Below are positions 21,789-34,589 of a stretch of 46,692 nucleotides of DNA, piece by piece (the first letter of the stretch is position 1; every line of letters begins with the position of its first letter). Below the pieces are notes generated by a model. The model was given only the letters and a program-made list of their open reading frames with translations. It was not told where the DNA came from and ran no database searches. Source of the DNA: Octopus bimaculoides (Eukaryota); the NCBI RefSeq assembly GCF_001194135.2, contig NC_068991.1, forward strand, positions 61,537,151 through 61,583,842, written 5' to 3'. The translations under genes and the position numbers were made by a program.

Positions 21789-22292
21789 CCTATTTAAATG
21801 CAAAGAGCAAAAGAATTTATTTAATTTTTGTTTTGTTTTGTTTTAAATGACTTTATAGGTCTTGAAACATAGGCTTGCTGGATCAAGGCTCACCAAAAAA
21901 ACAATGGCACTGCTAATAATTACTGGTAAGCTGCAAATTAAAAGAGTAACTATTCCATGAGTAAGTATATAAAAAAAAAAAACCTGTAAATGTCTGCATA
22001 CACATACTTCATCACCGAATTTGAAGAATTCACTAGAAAAATGTCTGCGAGATAACTTGTTCATTTGGCATTTATCAGGAAACTGTTTTAAGGTGGCACC
22101 ATACCAACAAAACCATGTATTTGTTTTTTAGCTCCAAGACAACCCAGATTGTGCAAACACGTGATTAAAACATCCTGTGACCATCTCATAAAATGTTTTG
22201 TTTTTTTTTTGGTTTTTCTAAGCATTATATACCATGGACAACATTATTCAATGTGACCTTTGTTTTGTTTTTCTTTTACCGTTTAGTTTTAA

Positions 22293-22501
22293 CTCTTTTT
22301 ACTGTGAAATTAAATTTCATGGTTATTCCAGGAATGATGTTATTTATCAACAGAAAACAATAGAATTAGCAGTTTCTGCATGTCACGTTGCTTCAATAAA
22401 CTTTATGTTATCTCAACAAAAAAAACAAAACAAGTTTCAAACTTGATGTTCCTCAAACAAAAGATAGATTGGTCTAGAAAACTGCTTCCTGCAGTTAAGG
22501 G
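22293..22501. mobile_element. piggyBac-type MITE (TTAA-flanked, decayed TIRs)
   Basis: ttaa|ctctttttactg ... cagttaaggg|ttaa. Confidence 0.5.
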
Positions 22502-22505
22502 TTAA

Positions 22506-23150
22506 TTTTACTTGTTTCAGTCATTTGACTGTGGCCATGCTGGAGCAACACCTTGAAGGGTTTTAGTTGAACAAATCAACCTACCAGGACTTATATATTT
22601 AGGCGATGAGCTGGCAGAAATGTTAGCATGCCGGGCGAAATGCTTAGCAGTATTTTGTCTGCCGCTACGTTCTGAGTTCAAATTCCACCGAGGTCAACTT
22701 TGCCTTTCATCCTTTCGGGATCAATAAATTAAGTACCAGTTACACACTAGGGTCGATATAATTGACTTAATCGATTTGTCTGTCCTTGTTTGTCCCCTCT
22801 GAGTGTAGCCCCTTGTGGGCAGTAAAGAAATAAGGACATATATACTTTTTTTAAGCCTAGTACTTATTCTATTGGTCTTTTTTGCTGAACCACTTAGTTA
22901 CAAGGATGTAAACACACCAACACCAATCGTCAAGCAGTAATGGGGGACAAACACAGACACAAGGGCACACACACACACACACACATAATGGGTTTCTTTC
23001 AATTTCCGTCTACCAAAATCCACTCACAAGGCTTTGGCCGACCCAAGGCTATAGTAGAAGACACTTCGTCAAGGTACCACATAGTAGGACTGAACCCGGA
23101 ACCCTGTGGTCAGAAAGCAAGCTTCTTACCACACAGCTGCAGCTGTGCCT
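22506..23150 (-). mobile_element. tRNA-SINE family A interrupted by a family-B SINE
   Basis: Family-A tail 22506-22600 and remainder 22833-23150 are collinear with 2978-3383. Confidence 0.85.
22601..22832 (+). mobile_element. tRNA-SINE family B (long-tail form) with imperfect 15-bp TSD
   Basis: ggcgatgagctggcagaaatgttagc...gagttcaaattcc...tttgcctttcatcctttcggg...ccccttgtgggcagtaaagaaata; TSD aggacttatatattt / aggacatatatactt. Confidence 0.9.
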
Positions 23151-23978
23151 ATATCTATCTAATTTTTGCAGTAAACAAGTTAAAACAATAGGGTGAGATT
23201 TGAAACAGAATTGGAGGAACAGCAGATGAAATCTAAAAGGGAAAAGTTGTCATTTAGCCCCAGGTCAAACCTGCTCAAGCAGACTTCTTATGACCAAAGG
23301 CACTCTAACTGTGACCATCTCATCTGGGTTTTTTTCTATTTTCACTGGGTAGTCTTTGACTAGCAATGTCTCGATCATTAACTTTATATAACTTTGCCAG
23401 CAACAATCAATGCTATCACTTCTACTACCACCACTACTTTACAACCTACATCATCATCATCTCTAGTACCACTGTTACTCCTCCTACTACTAGTAACACT
23501 ACCTAATACAACTACCAACAACTACAACTATCGTTATAACCATAAAATCATTACACACAATCCCTCCACCACCACCACCACCATCACCGCTGACACAACA
23601 ATTATCATACAAACATCATCATCATGATAAAACTACAGCTGCTACCACAACACAACCACAACAATAACCACCACTACCACAACAACAACAATCAGTTATC
23701 ACCACACAGAGATTGCCACCACCACCACCATCACTACCACCACCACCACCACCACCACCAATACCACTACCAATATAATTACACAACGATAATCACCCCC
23801 ACCACCACCACAACCATCCCCCTCAATACCAACATCACCGCCCTCATCCCCATACAACAACCCCCACTATCACCACACTACTCTCACCTCCACCCCATTC
23901 TCACCATGCTATCCCTCCTATGGCCACCCCTCTCCAAGAGCCATCCATCTACACATAATGCATCAGACTGTTTTTGTT

Positions 23979-24009
<31 letters not shown>

Positions 24010-24010
24010 C

Positions 24011-24057
<47 letters not shown>

Positions 24058-25376
24058 AAGTAGCTATGATGGTGGTAAGTAGTAGTAGTAGTAGTAGAGG
24101 TGATTGTGGTGGTGGTAGTAGCGTTGGCGGTGGTGATGTCAATAATAGTAGTAGTAGTGGTGGTGGTAATGGTGATGGTGGTGAGTAGTAGTACATCTCA
24201 NNNNNNNNNNNNNNNNNNNNNNNNNNNNNNNNNNNNNNNNNNNNNNNNNNNNNNNNNNNNNNNNNNNNNNNNNNNNNNNNNNNNNNNNNNNNNNNNNNNN
24301 NNNNNNNNNNNNNNNNNNNNNNNNNNNNNNNNNNNNNNNNNNNNNNNNNNNNNNNNNNNNNNNNNNNNNNNNNNNNNNNNNNNNNNNNNNNNNNNNNNNN
24401 NNNNNNNNNNNNNNNNNNNNNNNNNNNNNNNNNNNNNNNNNNNNNNNNNNNNNNNNNNNNNNNNNNNNNNNNNNNNNNNNNNNNNNNNNNNNNNNNNNNN
24501 NNNNNNNNNNNNNNNNNNNNNNNNNNNNNNNNNNNNNNNNNNNNNNNNNNNCATCGTTACCAACATTACCACCACCATCATCAACACAACCACTAACACC
24601 ACTGCCACCAATACCAGTAGTGACAGTTCAAGAAATATTCCTCTTAAAAAATTATGGCCGGGCAAGTTGTCTTCCTTCGCTTGATAGCTAAGTTTTCCAA
24701 TTTTGAAGCAAAAATTTCCCGAAAATGTGGACAATTCCCCACAGCTTCCATCCTGGAGTTCAGGTAGCCTCCTGGCTCATGTGAGTTCATAAGGATTATA
24801 TATATATCAACATTCTTTGCAAAGAACAGTTATCATTTAGAGAAACTGAAGATATGTCTAGTTCACGCTAGATATGAAACCACTAGTTTTTTTTTTTTAC
24901 TCTACACATACAAAAATAAACAACTGCTCTATATTTTATAGGCTATGCTCTTCTCCTGATTTATGATCTTATAATGAAGATATATATATATATGCATAAA
25001 CATACATATGTGTGTGTGCATGCGTGCATGCATGTATATGTGTCTGCCCATGTGCTTCTGTGAGTTCATATTCCCTTGCTTTGGCTGGTTTGTAAACAAA
25101 GACTTCCTAACAATGAGATTTGCTAGTAGTCCACCACAGAAGCATGTTCAAGTTTCTTCACATGTCTTCACTTGTTGCACTAACTTTATAAACAAAGGAC
25201 TAATTCAAACAAGATCCTTCATTTCCAGTTTTCCCCATAAAAAACATGTCCAGGCTGTCATTCAACAGACTGGGGGATTACTACTCACCTTGAAATCAAG
25301 AGGTGTTGTTGGTAAAACATGAAGGACAACCAATCGTAAGAGCTATGTTTAAATGGACTTTCATTTTACCTATGTA

Positions 25377-26260
25377 TGAGGGGGTACCCAAAAGAAACCA
25401 GAATTTTGCAATATTATTTTATTCACTTGGTTTTACATGTTTACACTTTTACCGCCTTCAAAGTTTTCTCCATTTGAAGCAATGCATCAGCCCAGATGCG
25501 TTTACTAAAGTTCAAAGCAGTTCTAGAACTCTTGTGAAGTGATACCTTTTAACACCGCTATCATTTTTTCTTCACCTCTTCCACATCTGCAAATTCTGTA
25601 GCACCAGCTTTTGTCGCCAGTAATGACCTTCACAGAAAGATCCAGAATAACCTCCAACTAGTCTTTCACTTTGTGACATGCATTCAGTCGTGACTGCTTT
25701 TGATTTTCCATGAGCAAGCGAGGCACAACTTTTGTTGCAGTTCTTTTTGTTCTCAATTCCTTGCTCAAAATTTGTTGGCAAGAGCTCCAGGATACACTAG
25801 TTTGTCAATTGTTTGGTATTAGTCCTCCAAGATCAGTTCATGAATTTTCATGATGTTTTCATTTGTTCGGGAGGTTAACAGTTGCCCTGAATGAGGTTGG
25901 ACCTCAAGTGACAAGTGACCATTCCTAAACCATGACAAACACTCATAAACTTGCGTTTTGCTCATGACACAGCATCCTTGTAAGCTGTTTGAAGCATGAC
26001 AACTGTTTTAGCCGCTATCTTCCCCAGCAGAAAACAGAATTTCACAGAAGTACACTGTTCTTTCATTTCAGTCATTGCAAAAATCAATGAACATGGGAGA
26101 AGCACTGCAAAGCAAAGATGCACCATGTGACAGTGTGACTTAACTGAAAGTGACCGGTCAGCAGACTGATGCCTGATGGTCGCATCAAGTGGCAGAAACC
26201 TTAACTACAACATGCTTGTCCCACAGAAAACGTTTCCGGTTACTTTTGGGTACTTCCTTG
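25377..26260 (-). mobile_element. Internally deleted mariner transposon (884 bp) with both TIRs and TA TSD
   Basis: TIRs tgagggggtacccaaaagaaaccagaat / caaggaagtacccaaaagtaaccggaaa (21/28); decayed transposase from ATG 26075 (EQCTSVKFCFLLGK...KVVPRLL...VITGDKSWCY) joined near 25598 to FADVEEVKKK...CIASNGENFEG. Confidence 0.9.
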
Positions 26261-26307
26261 TATTCATGGAAAAACAGACATTAAAACAATGACGACAATG
26301 ATGATGA

Positions 26308-26483
26308 CAAGGGGTCCCCAACCTTTTAAATATTCAGGACAGATCCAAAGTTTGGATTTTTTTAGGGGGCCACACCAAGCAAAGTAAAACACAAGTTAAT
26401 TAAAGAAAAAAAGGGAGGGGGTGCTTCTAGAAGGATGTTTGAAGGCCATATTTGGCCCTGACAACCACAACTGAAAACTGCTG
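26308..26483. mobile_element. hAT (Charlie-like) MITE
   Basis: caaggggtccccaacctttt start and ggccatatttggccc...aaactgctg end resemble hAT MITE termini; right flank atctatag; no matching TSD on the left. Confidence 0.5.
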
Positions 26484-27810
26484 ATCTATAGTCATTGAAA
26501 CTGAGTGATGGTCTCTATTAGCCATTTATTTGAGTTAACCAGCCCTGTGGCTTGAGTCTAACTCATACAGAGATCACTGACCAAAAGACAGGGAAAGCAG
26601 GATGCAATTGTGTACTCAACAACTATGAAGACGACAACAACGATCATGGTTTTAATTGCTATTTCTCACACCAAGCTATCACAGATATTTCTAGAACAAG
26701 CCATGATTATACACCACCACCGCAACTACAAATAGCAACCAATCCACTACTCCACCATTACTACTACTATCACCACCACCACCACCACCACCACCACCAC
26801 CACCACNNNNNNNNNNNNNNNNNNNNNNNNNNNNNNNNNNNNNNNNNNNNNNNNNNNNNNNNNNNNNNNNNNNNNNNNNNNNNNNNNNNNNNNNNNNNNN
26901 NNNNNNNNNNNNNNNNNNNNNNNNNNNNNNNNNNNNNNNNNNNNNNNNNNNNNNNNNNNNNNNNNNNNNNNNNNNNNNNNNNNNNNNNNNNNNNNNNNNN
27001 NNNNNNNNNNNNNNNNNNNNNNNNNNNNNNNNNNNNNNNNNNNNNNNNNNNNNNNNNNNNNNNNNNNNNNNNNNNNNNNNNNNNNNNNNNNNNNNNNNNN
27101 NNNNNNNNNNNNNNNNNNNNNNNNNNNNNNNNNNNNNNNNNNNNNNNNNNNNNNNNNNNNNNNNNNNNNNNNNNNNNNNNNNNNNNNNNNNNNNNNNNNN
27201 NNNNNNNNNNNNNNNNNNNNNNNNNNNNNNNNNNNNNNNNNNNNNNNNNNNNNNNNNNNNNNNNNNNNNNNNNNNNNNNNNNNNNNNNNNNNNNNNNNNN
27301 NNNNNNNNNNNNNNNNNNNNNNNNNNNNNNNNNNNNNNNNCCTCATTACACCCATTACCACATTCAAGGAAGGAGCCACCACAAGCTGAACAGGCTCGCT
27401 AAAAATAGCAGTCAAATTTCACTCGAATCATACTACCGTCTTTAAAAAGATCAAAGGTGTGGCTGGCCCTTTTCCACCATTGATCAATGTTACATTATCA
27501 TGGAGACAAGTAGTTTAACCACCTCAGATGTTCCGGGGCTGTTTCCAGAAACAAGTGCCCACCCCCGAGTATGCTTACCACCTTTTTACTGATGAATTAG
27601 AGTGGAATAAAGTGTCAATGGCATGGATTTGTCTAACCGCTTAGCATTCAAATCAGTTTTATGTTAAAACTGGCCAGATCTGGACTCTCGCACCTATCAT
27701 ACAATGTCTTTTTAAAACTAAGCATTTGCATCACGAAAATGTCTTAGCTACAAGATAATGTATGATTAATTTTTAAAAAATGTGAATAAATAAGCTTTAC
27801 ATTTGACAAA

Positions 27811-28045
27811 ATCATCATCATCATCTTCATCACTTAATGTCCGCTTTCCATGCTAGCATGGGTTGGACGATTTGACTGAGGAGTGGTGAACCGGATGGCT
27901 GCACCAGGCTCCAATCTAATCTGGCAGAGTTTCTACAGCTGGATGCCCTTCCTAACGCCAACCACTCCGAGAGTGTAGTGAGTGCTTTTACGTGCCAACG
28001 GCATGAGGGCCAGTCAGGCGGTACTGGCAACGGCCACGCTCAAGT
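27811..28045 (-). mobile_element. RTE-type 3'UTR tail element
   Basis: catcatc...ttaatgtccgctttccatgctagcatgggttggacg...ggatgcccttcctaacgccaaccactccgagagtgtag. Confidence 0.85.
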
Positions 28046-28901
28046 GAATACTAAAGGCTTAAGGTGGACCTTGACTTGCCAGGAAGTGACCCACACACTT
28101 GGTTTCCTGACTTTTCTCTGTGGCACATGTAGAATAAGACATGCAGGATCCAGTATTGAAACTGCAAGGGGTGGCACCTTCTGTAACATGTCATGTGTAG
28201 CCCTCTTCATCTGCTGGTTTAGGCATTGGATCTGTTATAACCATTGGCTTGTTCCACTGTTGAGATCTTCGGCGACTGGTCATGCTTAGTCTGGGCCCTC
28301 GTCCTCAACCTGGCTATCAAGGGTAGCCCTACCAGGATCCCCCCTCTGATGGTCACTCGTTGTTGTTGTTGTGGAGGGGCTTGTGTGAACCAACGACTCT
28401 GACAGCAATGTCAACAGGAGTTTTAAACTCATGGATACAGCAAGACAAGTCAGATAATTGGTTAAGTATAACTGTGGATATCTGCCTTAGGGTCCCCCCA
28501 CCTCTAGATTTTCTGTAGGGGTTTAACCCCTTAGCTCTTTTTAACTGCTTGATAACTTACCCCACAAAACAGCAGGGATTTATCATTATAGTGGGCATGG
28601 TTTGTGTAAAGTCAGTCCTACTTTCTCATCTTTCAAACTTGTATTAGTCTGGAGCAACAAGTACTGCGATACCAGTAATTATTAAGATGCAAGATTTATA
28701 TGGAGTTACCTTCTCTTAGATGAGCAGCTAAAGAGCCGAAGGGCTTCGTCTACCCAGGCTTCATTGGCGCATCTGTGACTGACCTTCTTCTTCCAGAAAC
28801 TATAGCCATGGGCTGACCAAAGCCTTGTGAGTGTATTTGGTAGACAGAAACTGGAAGAAGTCTGTTTTATATATATATATATATATACACATACATACAC
28901 A

Positions 28902-29740
28902 CAGAGTGCGGTGAATAAATTGTTGTCTAAAATACGCAAAAATGAAAATAACACTGACATCCCATTTTAACAGATATATTTACCTAAATTACATAAAAAT
29001 ATCTTGAAATACTAAAGAATAAATTTATTCAATAAAATCACCATTGGCTTCAACAACAGTCTCCAGACGACTTCAGAATCTCCTGCAGCTCTTCTGGATG
29101 GTCTCCTTGTTTAAGTTGGTGAATGCTGCCATAATTCTTGCTTTCAGTTCATCTATGGTGTTACAAGGAGATTTGTTTGTTTCTTGTGCAACTGCATTCC
29201 ACACATGATAATCAAAGGATTGCAGTCTGGGGAGTTAGGTGGTCAGATGCTAGGGATTATGTGGTTGTAGAACTTATGTGGCATGGAGAAGAGTCCTGTT
29301 GCCAGATATAGGGTTTCCGAGCAGCCACTTTCTTAACCCAGGGAAGCATCACCTCCTCCATGCACTTGATGTAGGCCTCTGTTGCATCTGAGACCATGTG
29401 GGAAGATGAATGGAGGCATAACGTCGCTATCACTCGTGATCACTTCAAACACCACGATGTTGACTGGATGCTTGATTTTTATCATTCTTGGTAAATGTCC
29501 TCCGACTGACACCCTAACACTCAGAAATGTTTCTATTGGAGCTTCCGGTGCAAATGTCAAGCAGTACAGCATGTCATTTCCAAATTTCTGGCAGAGAGAA
29601 TTGCACCATGGTGCTGTTTTTCTTACAGACAGTGCCCAACTGAACCTACTATACTGTGTAGTCGACAAAATCAAAAACAAACAATGTGCATGCACGAAAA
29701 TAAAAATATAAAATGGAGGCAATTTACCCATCACACCCTA
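28902..29740 (-). mobile_element. Internally deleted Tc1/mariner transposon, DD37D (maT)-like, 839 bp, both TIRs
   Basis: TIRs cagagtgcggtgaataaattg / tagggtgtgatgggtaaattg differ by transitions only; transposase remnants MVQFSLPEIWK*HAVLL..., KHPVNIVVFEVITSDSDVMPPFIFPHGL, YIWQQDSSPCH, I*PPNSPDCNPL(D)Y, ELKARIMAAFTNLNKETIQKSC...VEANGDFIE*. DD37D spacing is inferred because a small deletion removes part of the interval. Confidence 0.85.
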
Positions 29741-29859
29741 TATATATATATTTATATACACACACACACATATACNNNNNNNNNNNNNNNNNNNNNNNNN
29801 NNNNNNNNNNNNNNNNNNNNNNNNNNNNNNNNNNNNNNNNNNNNNNNNNNNNNNNNNNN

Positions 29860-30097
29860 TATATATATATGCATATATGTATATATTCATGAGTGTCTTT
29901 ATTTCTGTGTTTGTCCCCACCACCATTGCTTGACAACCAATGTTAGTGTATTTATGTTGCTGTAAACTAATAGTTTGGCAAAGGAAACCAATAGAATAAG
30001 TGCTAGGCTTACAAAGAATAAGTCCTGGGGTCAATTTCTTCAACTAAAACAACCTTTAAGTTGGTGCTCCAGCATGGCCGCAGTCAAATGACTGAAA
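29860..30097 (+). mobile_element. 3' half of a family-A SINE (head hidden in gap)
   Basis: tgtgtttgtcccccaccacc...ggcttacaaagaataagtcctgggg...ggtgctccagcatggccgcagtcaaatgactgaaa. Confidence 0.85.
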
Positions 30098-31199
30098 ATC
30101 TCCCCTGTACTACAACCATCACACACTTTTACACTCACTATCACAGGCATCATACCACTAAACTACAGCCACAACCACAATCACCACATAGTACTTACTA
30201 CAATCTCAGCTATCATACCACTATCACACTATACCACCGCAATCACCACTACCACCACCACCACCACCACCATCATCATAACCACCACTACGACTATCAC
30301 CACCACCACCACCAAAGCCACATTACTACTACAACTAAAGCCATTATGCCAATGTGACCACCTCTACAACCATCAACACCACCACCATCACACACATAGC
30401 CCTCAGACTACTACAACCACCACCACAACATACCACTCAACCCATTTCACCACCACAACCACCACCACCATATGCCATTCAAGAATTATGGCGGATATTA
30501 TTTGACATTTGACCCAAGGTGATTTTCTAGAGACTCAGCCCCTCTCTCTTCACACAAATGAGTCAACACACACACACACACATTACACATCACACACACA
30601 CACACACATTACACACCACACACACACATACACACACACACACAAATACATTACACACCACACACTGAGAAATACATTACACACCACACACTACACATAC
30701 ACTACACGACATGTGCACAAACTACACCACACACACACACACACACACACTTTCTCAAGCAAAAGACAAATACATTTCCAGACACCACCACCATCAAAGA
30801 TAAATATACACAAAGTCACACACACACACACACANNNNNNNNNNNNNNNNNNNNNNNNNNNNNNNNNNNNNNNNNNNNNNNNNNNNNNNNNNNNNNNNNN
30901 NNNNNNNNNNNNNNNNNNNNNNNNNNNNNNNNNNNNNNNNNNNNNNNNNNNNNNNNNNNNNNNNNNNNNNNNNNNNNNNNNNNNNNNNNNNNNNNNNNNN
31001 NNNNNNNNNNNNNNNNNNNNNNNNNNNNNNNNNNNNNNNNNNNNNNNNNNNNNNNNNNNNNNNNNNNNNNCGATATAGACAAGACAAACTCGCCATTAAT
31101 AAATTACATTTTACTCAAGAAGGGGACAGATGATGATTATGAAAAAGCAACCCCCTCCTCTATTATTTATCTATTTCTCTGTCCATCTATCTCTCTGTC

Positions 31200-31213
31200 C
31201 ATCTATCTCTCTG

Positions 31214-31257
<44 letters not shown>

Positions 31258-31615
31258 CCTACCTAACTGTATGTCTGTCTGTCCATCCGTCCATCCATCC
31301 ATCTAACTATCTGTCAATCTATCTATCTATCTATCTATCCATCCATCCATCCATCTATCTATCTATCTATTTTTTTTCTCTCGATCCCTTTTGATCGAAC
31401 TCCCCCCTTTTTTCCTTCCTACGATCCCTTTTGATCGACACCCCCCCTACTTTTTTCCTTCCCTTCCCCCTCCCAAAAAGAAAAGCTCTACATTGTATTT
31501 GTCCCATCTTTGTTGAGCCCTGTGTGGCTAATAAAAGAAATGTATCTATCTATCTATCTATCTAACTGTCTATCTATCTATCTATCTATCTATCTACCTA
31601 TCTATCTATCTATCT
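31200..31615. repeat. (ATCT/ATCC)n tetranucleotide arrays flanking a 150-bp retro-element 3' end (31375-31520)
   Basis: Read directly; insert ends ttgtcccatctttgttgagccctgtgtggctaataaaagaaat. Confidence 0.8.
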
Positions 31616-31974
31616 ATGTTCTCAGTGACAATAAACAGAATTTAAGATCAATATACTAACAACAACAACAGCAACAACAATGTGTCTGTCATTGCAAGGG
31701 TGGGATGAGGTGTGATGGGGGGAGGACAATGAGAAAAAAACCACACATGATACACAAAGGACTGCCATATGGTCACTCAACAAGTTAAAAATAACAACCA
31801 GACATGAGATGATTGAGGAAAACTGTGTGGATGCTGATGATTTGGCTCAGTTGACTGCACATTCGACCCATTTTGCTGACAGTATTTTTTAGCACTAGAG
31901 ACAGACAGACACACACACACACACATAACAGGCACCTTAATTGAACTGGTGATTATGAACATTACAGTAGTCTG

Positions 31975-32145
31975 GAGCCATGTAAAAAGCACCCTGTCCA
32001 CTCTGTAAAGCGGTTGGTATTAGGAAGGGCATCCAGCCATAGAAACTAAGCCAAAGAAAGCAACAGTGCTTGGCATAGTCCTCTGACTTGGCACCTTCTG
32101 TAAAACTGTCCAACCCATGCCAGCATGGAAAACAGACATTAAATG
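31975..32145 (+). mobile_element. RTE-type 3'UTR tail element
   Basis: catgtaaaaagcaccc...ggtattaggaagggcatccagcc...aacccatgccagcatggaaaacagacattaaatga. Confidence 0.8.
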
Positions 32146-32198
32146 AGTATACATACATACATACACACACATATATACATATATAAAATACCAATTGG

Positions 32199-32551
32199 CT
32201 GGGTTCAGTCCCACTGCGTGGCACTTTGGGCAAGTGTCTTCTACTATAGCCTTGGGCCGACCAAAGCCTTGTGAGTGGATTTGGTAGAGACGGAAACTGA
32301 AAGAAGCCTGTCGTATATATGTATATGCATATATATGTGTGTGTGTGTGTTTGTCCCTCCCACCATCGCTTGACAACCGATGCTGGTGTGTTTACGTCCC
32401 CGTCACTTAGCGGTTCGGCAAAAGAGACCGATAGAATAAGCACTAGGCTTACAAAGAATAAGTCCTGGAGTCGGTGTGTTCGATTAAAAGGCGGTGCTCC
32501 AGCATGGCCGCAGTCAAATGACTGAAACAAGTAAAAAGAGAGTAAAAGAAT
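32199..32551 (+). mobile_element. tRNA-SINE family A
   Basis: Reverse complement of 2978-3383 from the B-box onward. Confidence 0.9.
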
Positions 32552-32670
32552 ACATACAACAAAAGGCACACAGAGCTGTGCTCAATGGTGCACTGAAAGC
32601 AAACACTACGAGCATTATTACTGGAACACTAACTCATGATCTAACAACTACAAGAACAACAACAACAACG

Positions 32671-32726
<56 letters not shown>

Positions 32727-33518
32727 TGTTCCTTTGTTGTAGTGTTTATAATTTAATAAAAAAGAATATAATAGTAGTAATGCTGACGGCATCAAAAGTC
32801 TCTATTTAATGTCCATTCTCTTTCCGCTGGCATTAGGTTAAAATGGATTGCTTCAATCCAATGTTAGCTTTCTCTCCTCTTCATTTACATCACATTCCAG
32901 TTCACACTATTCAATGCTTTGTGTGTGTGTGTGTGTGTGTGTGTGNNNNNNNNNNAGACAGAGAGAGAGACAGAGAGAAAGAGGAGAAAAGAGAGGGAGA
33001 GAAAGAGGAGAAAAGAGAGGGAGAGAAAGAGGAGAAAAGAGAGGGAGAGAGAGAGCATGTGTCTGCTTTTGTTTGGTTTATTTGCTTCTTTTCTCAATTT
33101 TTTTTATTCTTTTATGTATTTTTGATTGTTTTTTTTTATTATTATTTTTATTATTATTATTATTTTTTTAATTATTATTTTCCATCTCTATTCTTCTACA
33201 GCTATTCGTCATGATCGATTCAGTCACCATCACCGTTATCACCATCACCATCATCATCATCATCATCACCACCACTACCATGATTTCAGTCCACTTCATC
33301 ATAAACATCAGCAGCAGCAACAGTAGCAGCACAAACAACGACCACCACCACCAACAACAACAACGACGACAATGACAATACTAGCACCACCACACCACAA
33401 CTATGACCATCACCAACACCACCGCCGCCACCGCCATTATCATGACTAACATTTTACTTTCTTTCGCTATGTCTGCTGGCCATTTTGTCAATCAAATAAT
33501 CGACAATAACATATACAT

Positions 33519-33611
<93 letters not shown>

Positions 33612-34589
33612 CACACACATACATATATATATATGTATATATATATATATACTCACACGCACATACATATGCATATATATACAGACTCACTCATATACAT
33701 ACACCCCCCCACCACCACCACACACACGAAATATTCTTTTCTACTCTAGGTCCGAAATTTTTTTTGGGGGGGCAGTCGGTTAGATCGACCCAGTACGCAG
33801 CTGGTACTTAATTTATCGACCCCGATGATGAAAGGCAAAGTCAACCTCGGTGGAATTTGAACTCAGACTGTAAAGACAGACGACACACACATGCACGAAA
33901 TATTGTTAAAGAAACGCAAAAGGTCCCCGAATACACAAGGGGTGTTTTTAAGGGCCGGCGTCTTGCTAAGCTCTTGTCACATGGTGATAAGGACTCAATG
34001 AAAAATTCTTTCCTCTTCAGGACAAAAAGCCAACCAATCTGGAGATTGATTTCTAATGTTGTCACAAGACCTACTCCATATGATAGATTGAATCTATGCC
34101 CCAGCATATGACAGGTACTGGCTGTTTGGTTGCATGGTTTTTTAAAAATTAATTTTTGTACATCTGCAAGATCATCTTCATCCATATCAATACCATCACC
34201 ATCACCATCATTATCAGCAGCAGCATTAACAACATCGACAGACATCATCTCAGCCTCCATCAGCATTATCAACAATGGCACCCACATCACATCATCATCA
34301 TCATCGAATCATCATCACTGTCTCACATCAACCACCAGTGCCACTTCCAACACCACCGCCATCATCATCATCATCATCATCATTGTTATCAATCACCATC
34401 ATCATCATAGTCTCTAACATCAATCATCATCGCCATCATCTCTGACACTCTCATCATTACCACCACCACCACCGCCACCATCAGCCAAATCAATCATCAT
34501 TATCATCATCATCATCAGCATCATTACCGCTGCCACCATCACCACCACCATCATCACCATCGTTATCATCATCATCATTACTAAGCAGT

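Noticed and set aside
22008-22082. Possible 75-nt exon FPDKCQMNKLSRRHFSSEFFKFGDE with GAA|gtatgt donor
   Set aside because: Weak acceptor and no resemblance to an IL-17R first domain.
25289-25342. Perfect AAG|gtgagt donor with LLRLVVLHVLPTTPLDFK upstream
   Set aside because: Lies antisense within a decayed RTE-tail repeat; acceptor weak.
28110-28600. Sequence reminiscent of an RTE 5'UTR adjoining the RTE tail at 27811
   Set aside because: Resemblance is from memory only, with no ORF motif to anchor it.
33841-34290. 149-aa minus-strand ORF and overlapping 84-aa plus-strand ORF
   Set aside because: Start within microsatellite or SINE sequence; no convincing splice-site pair or known motif.
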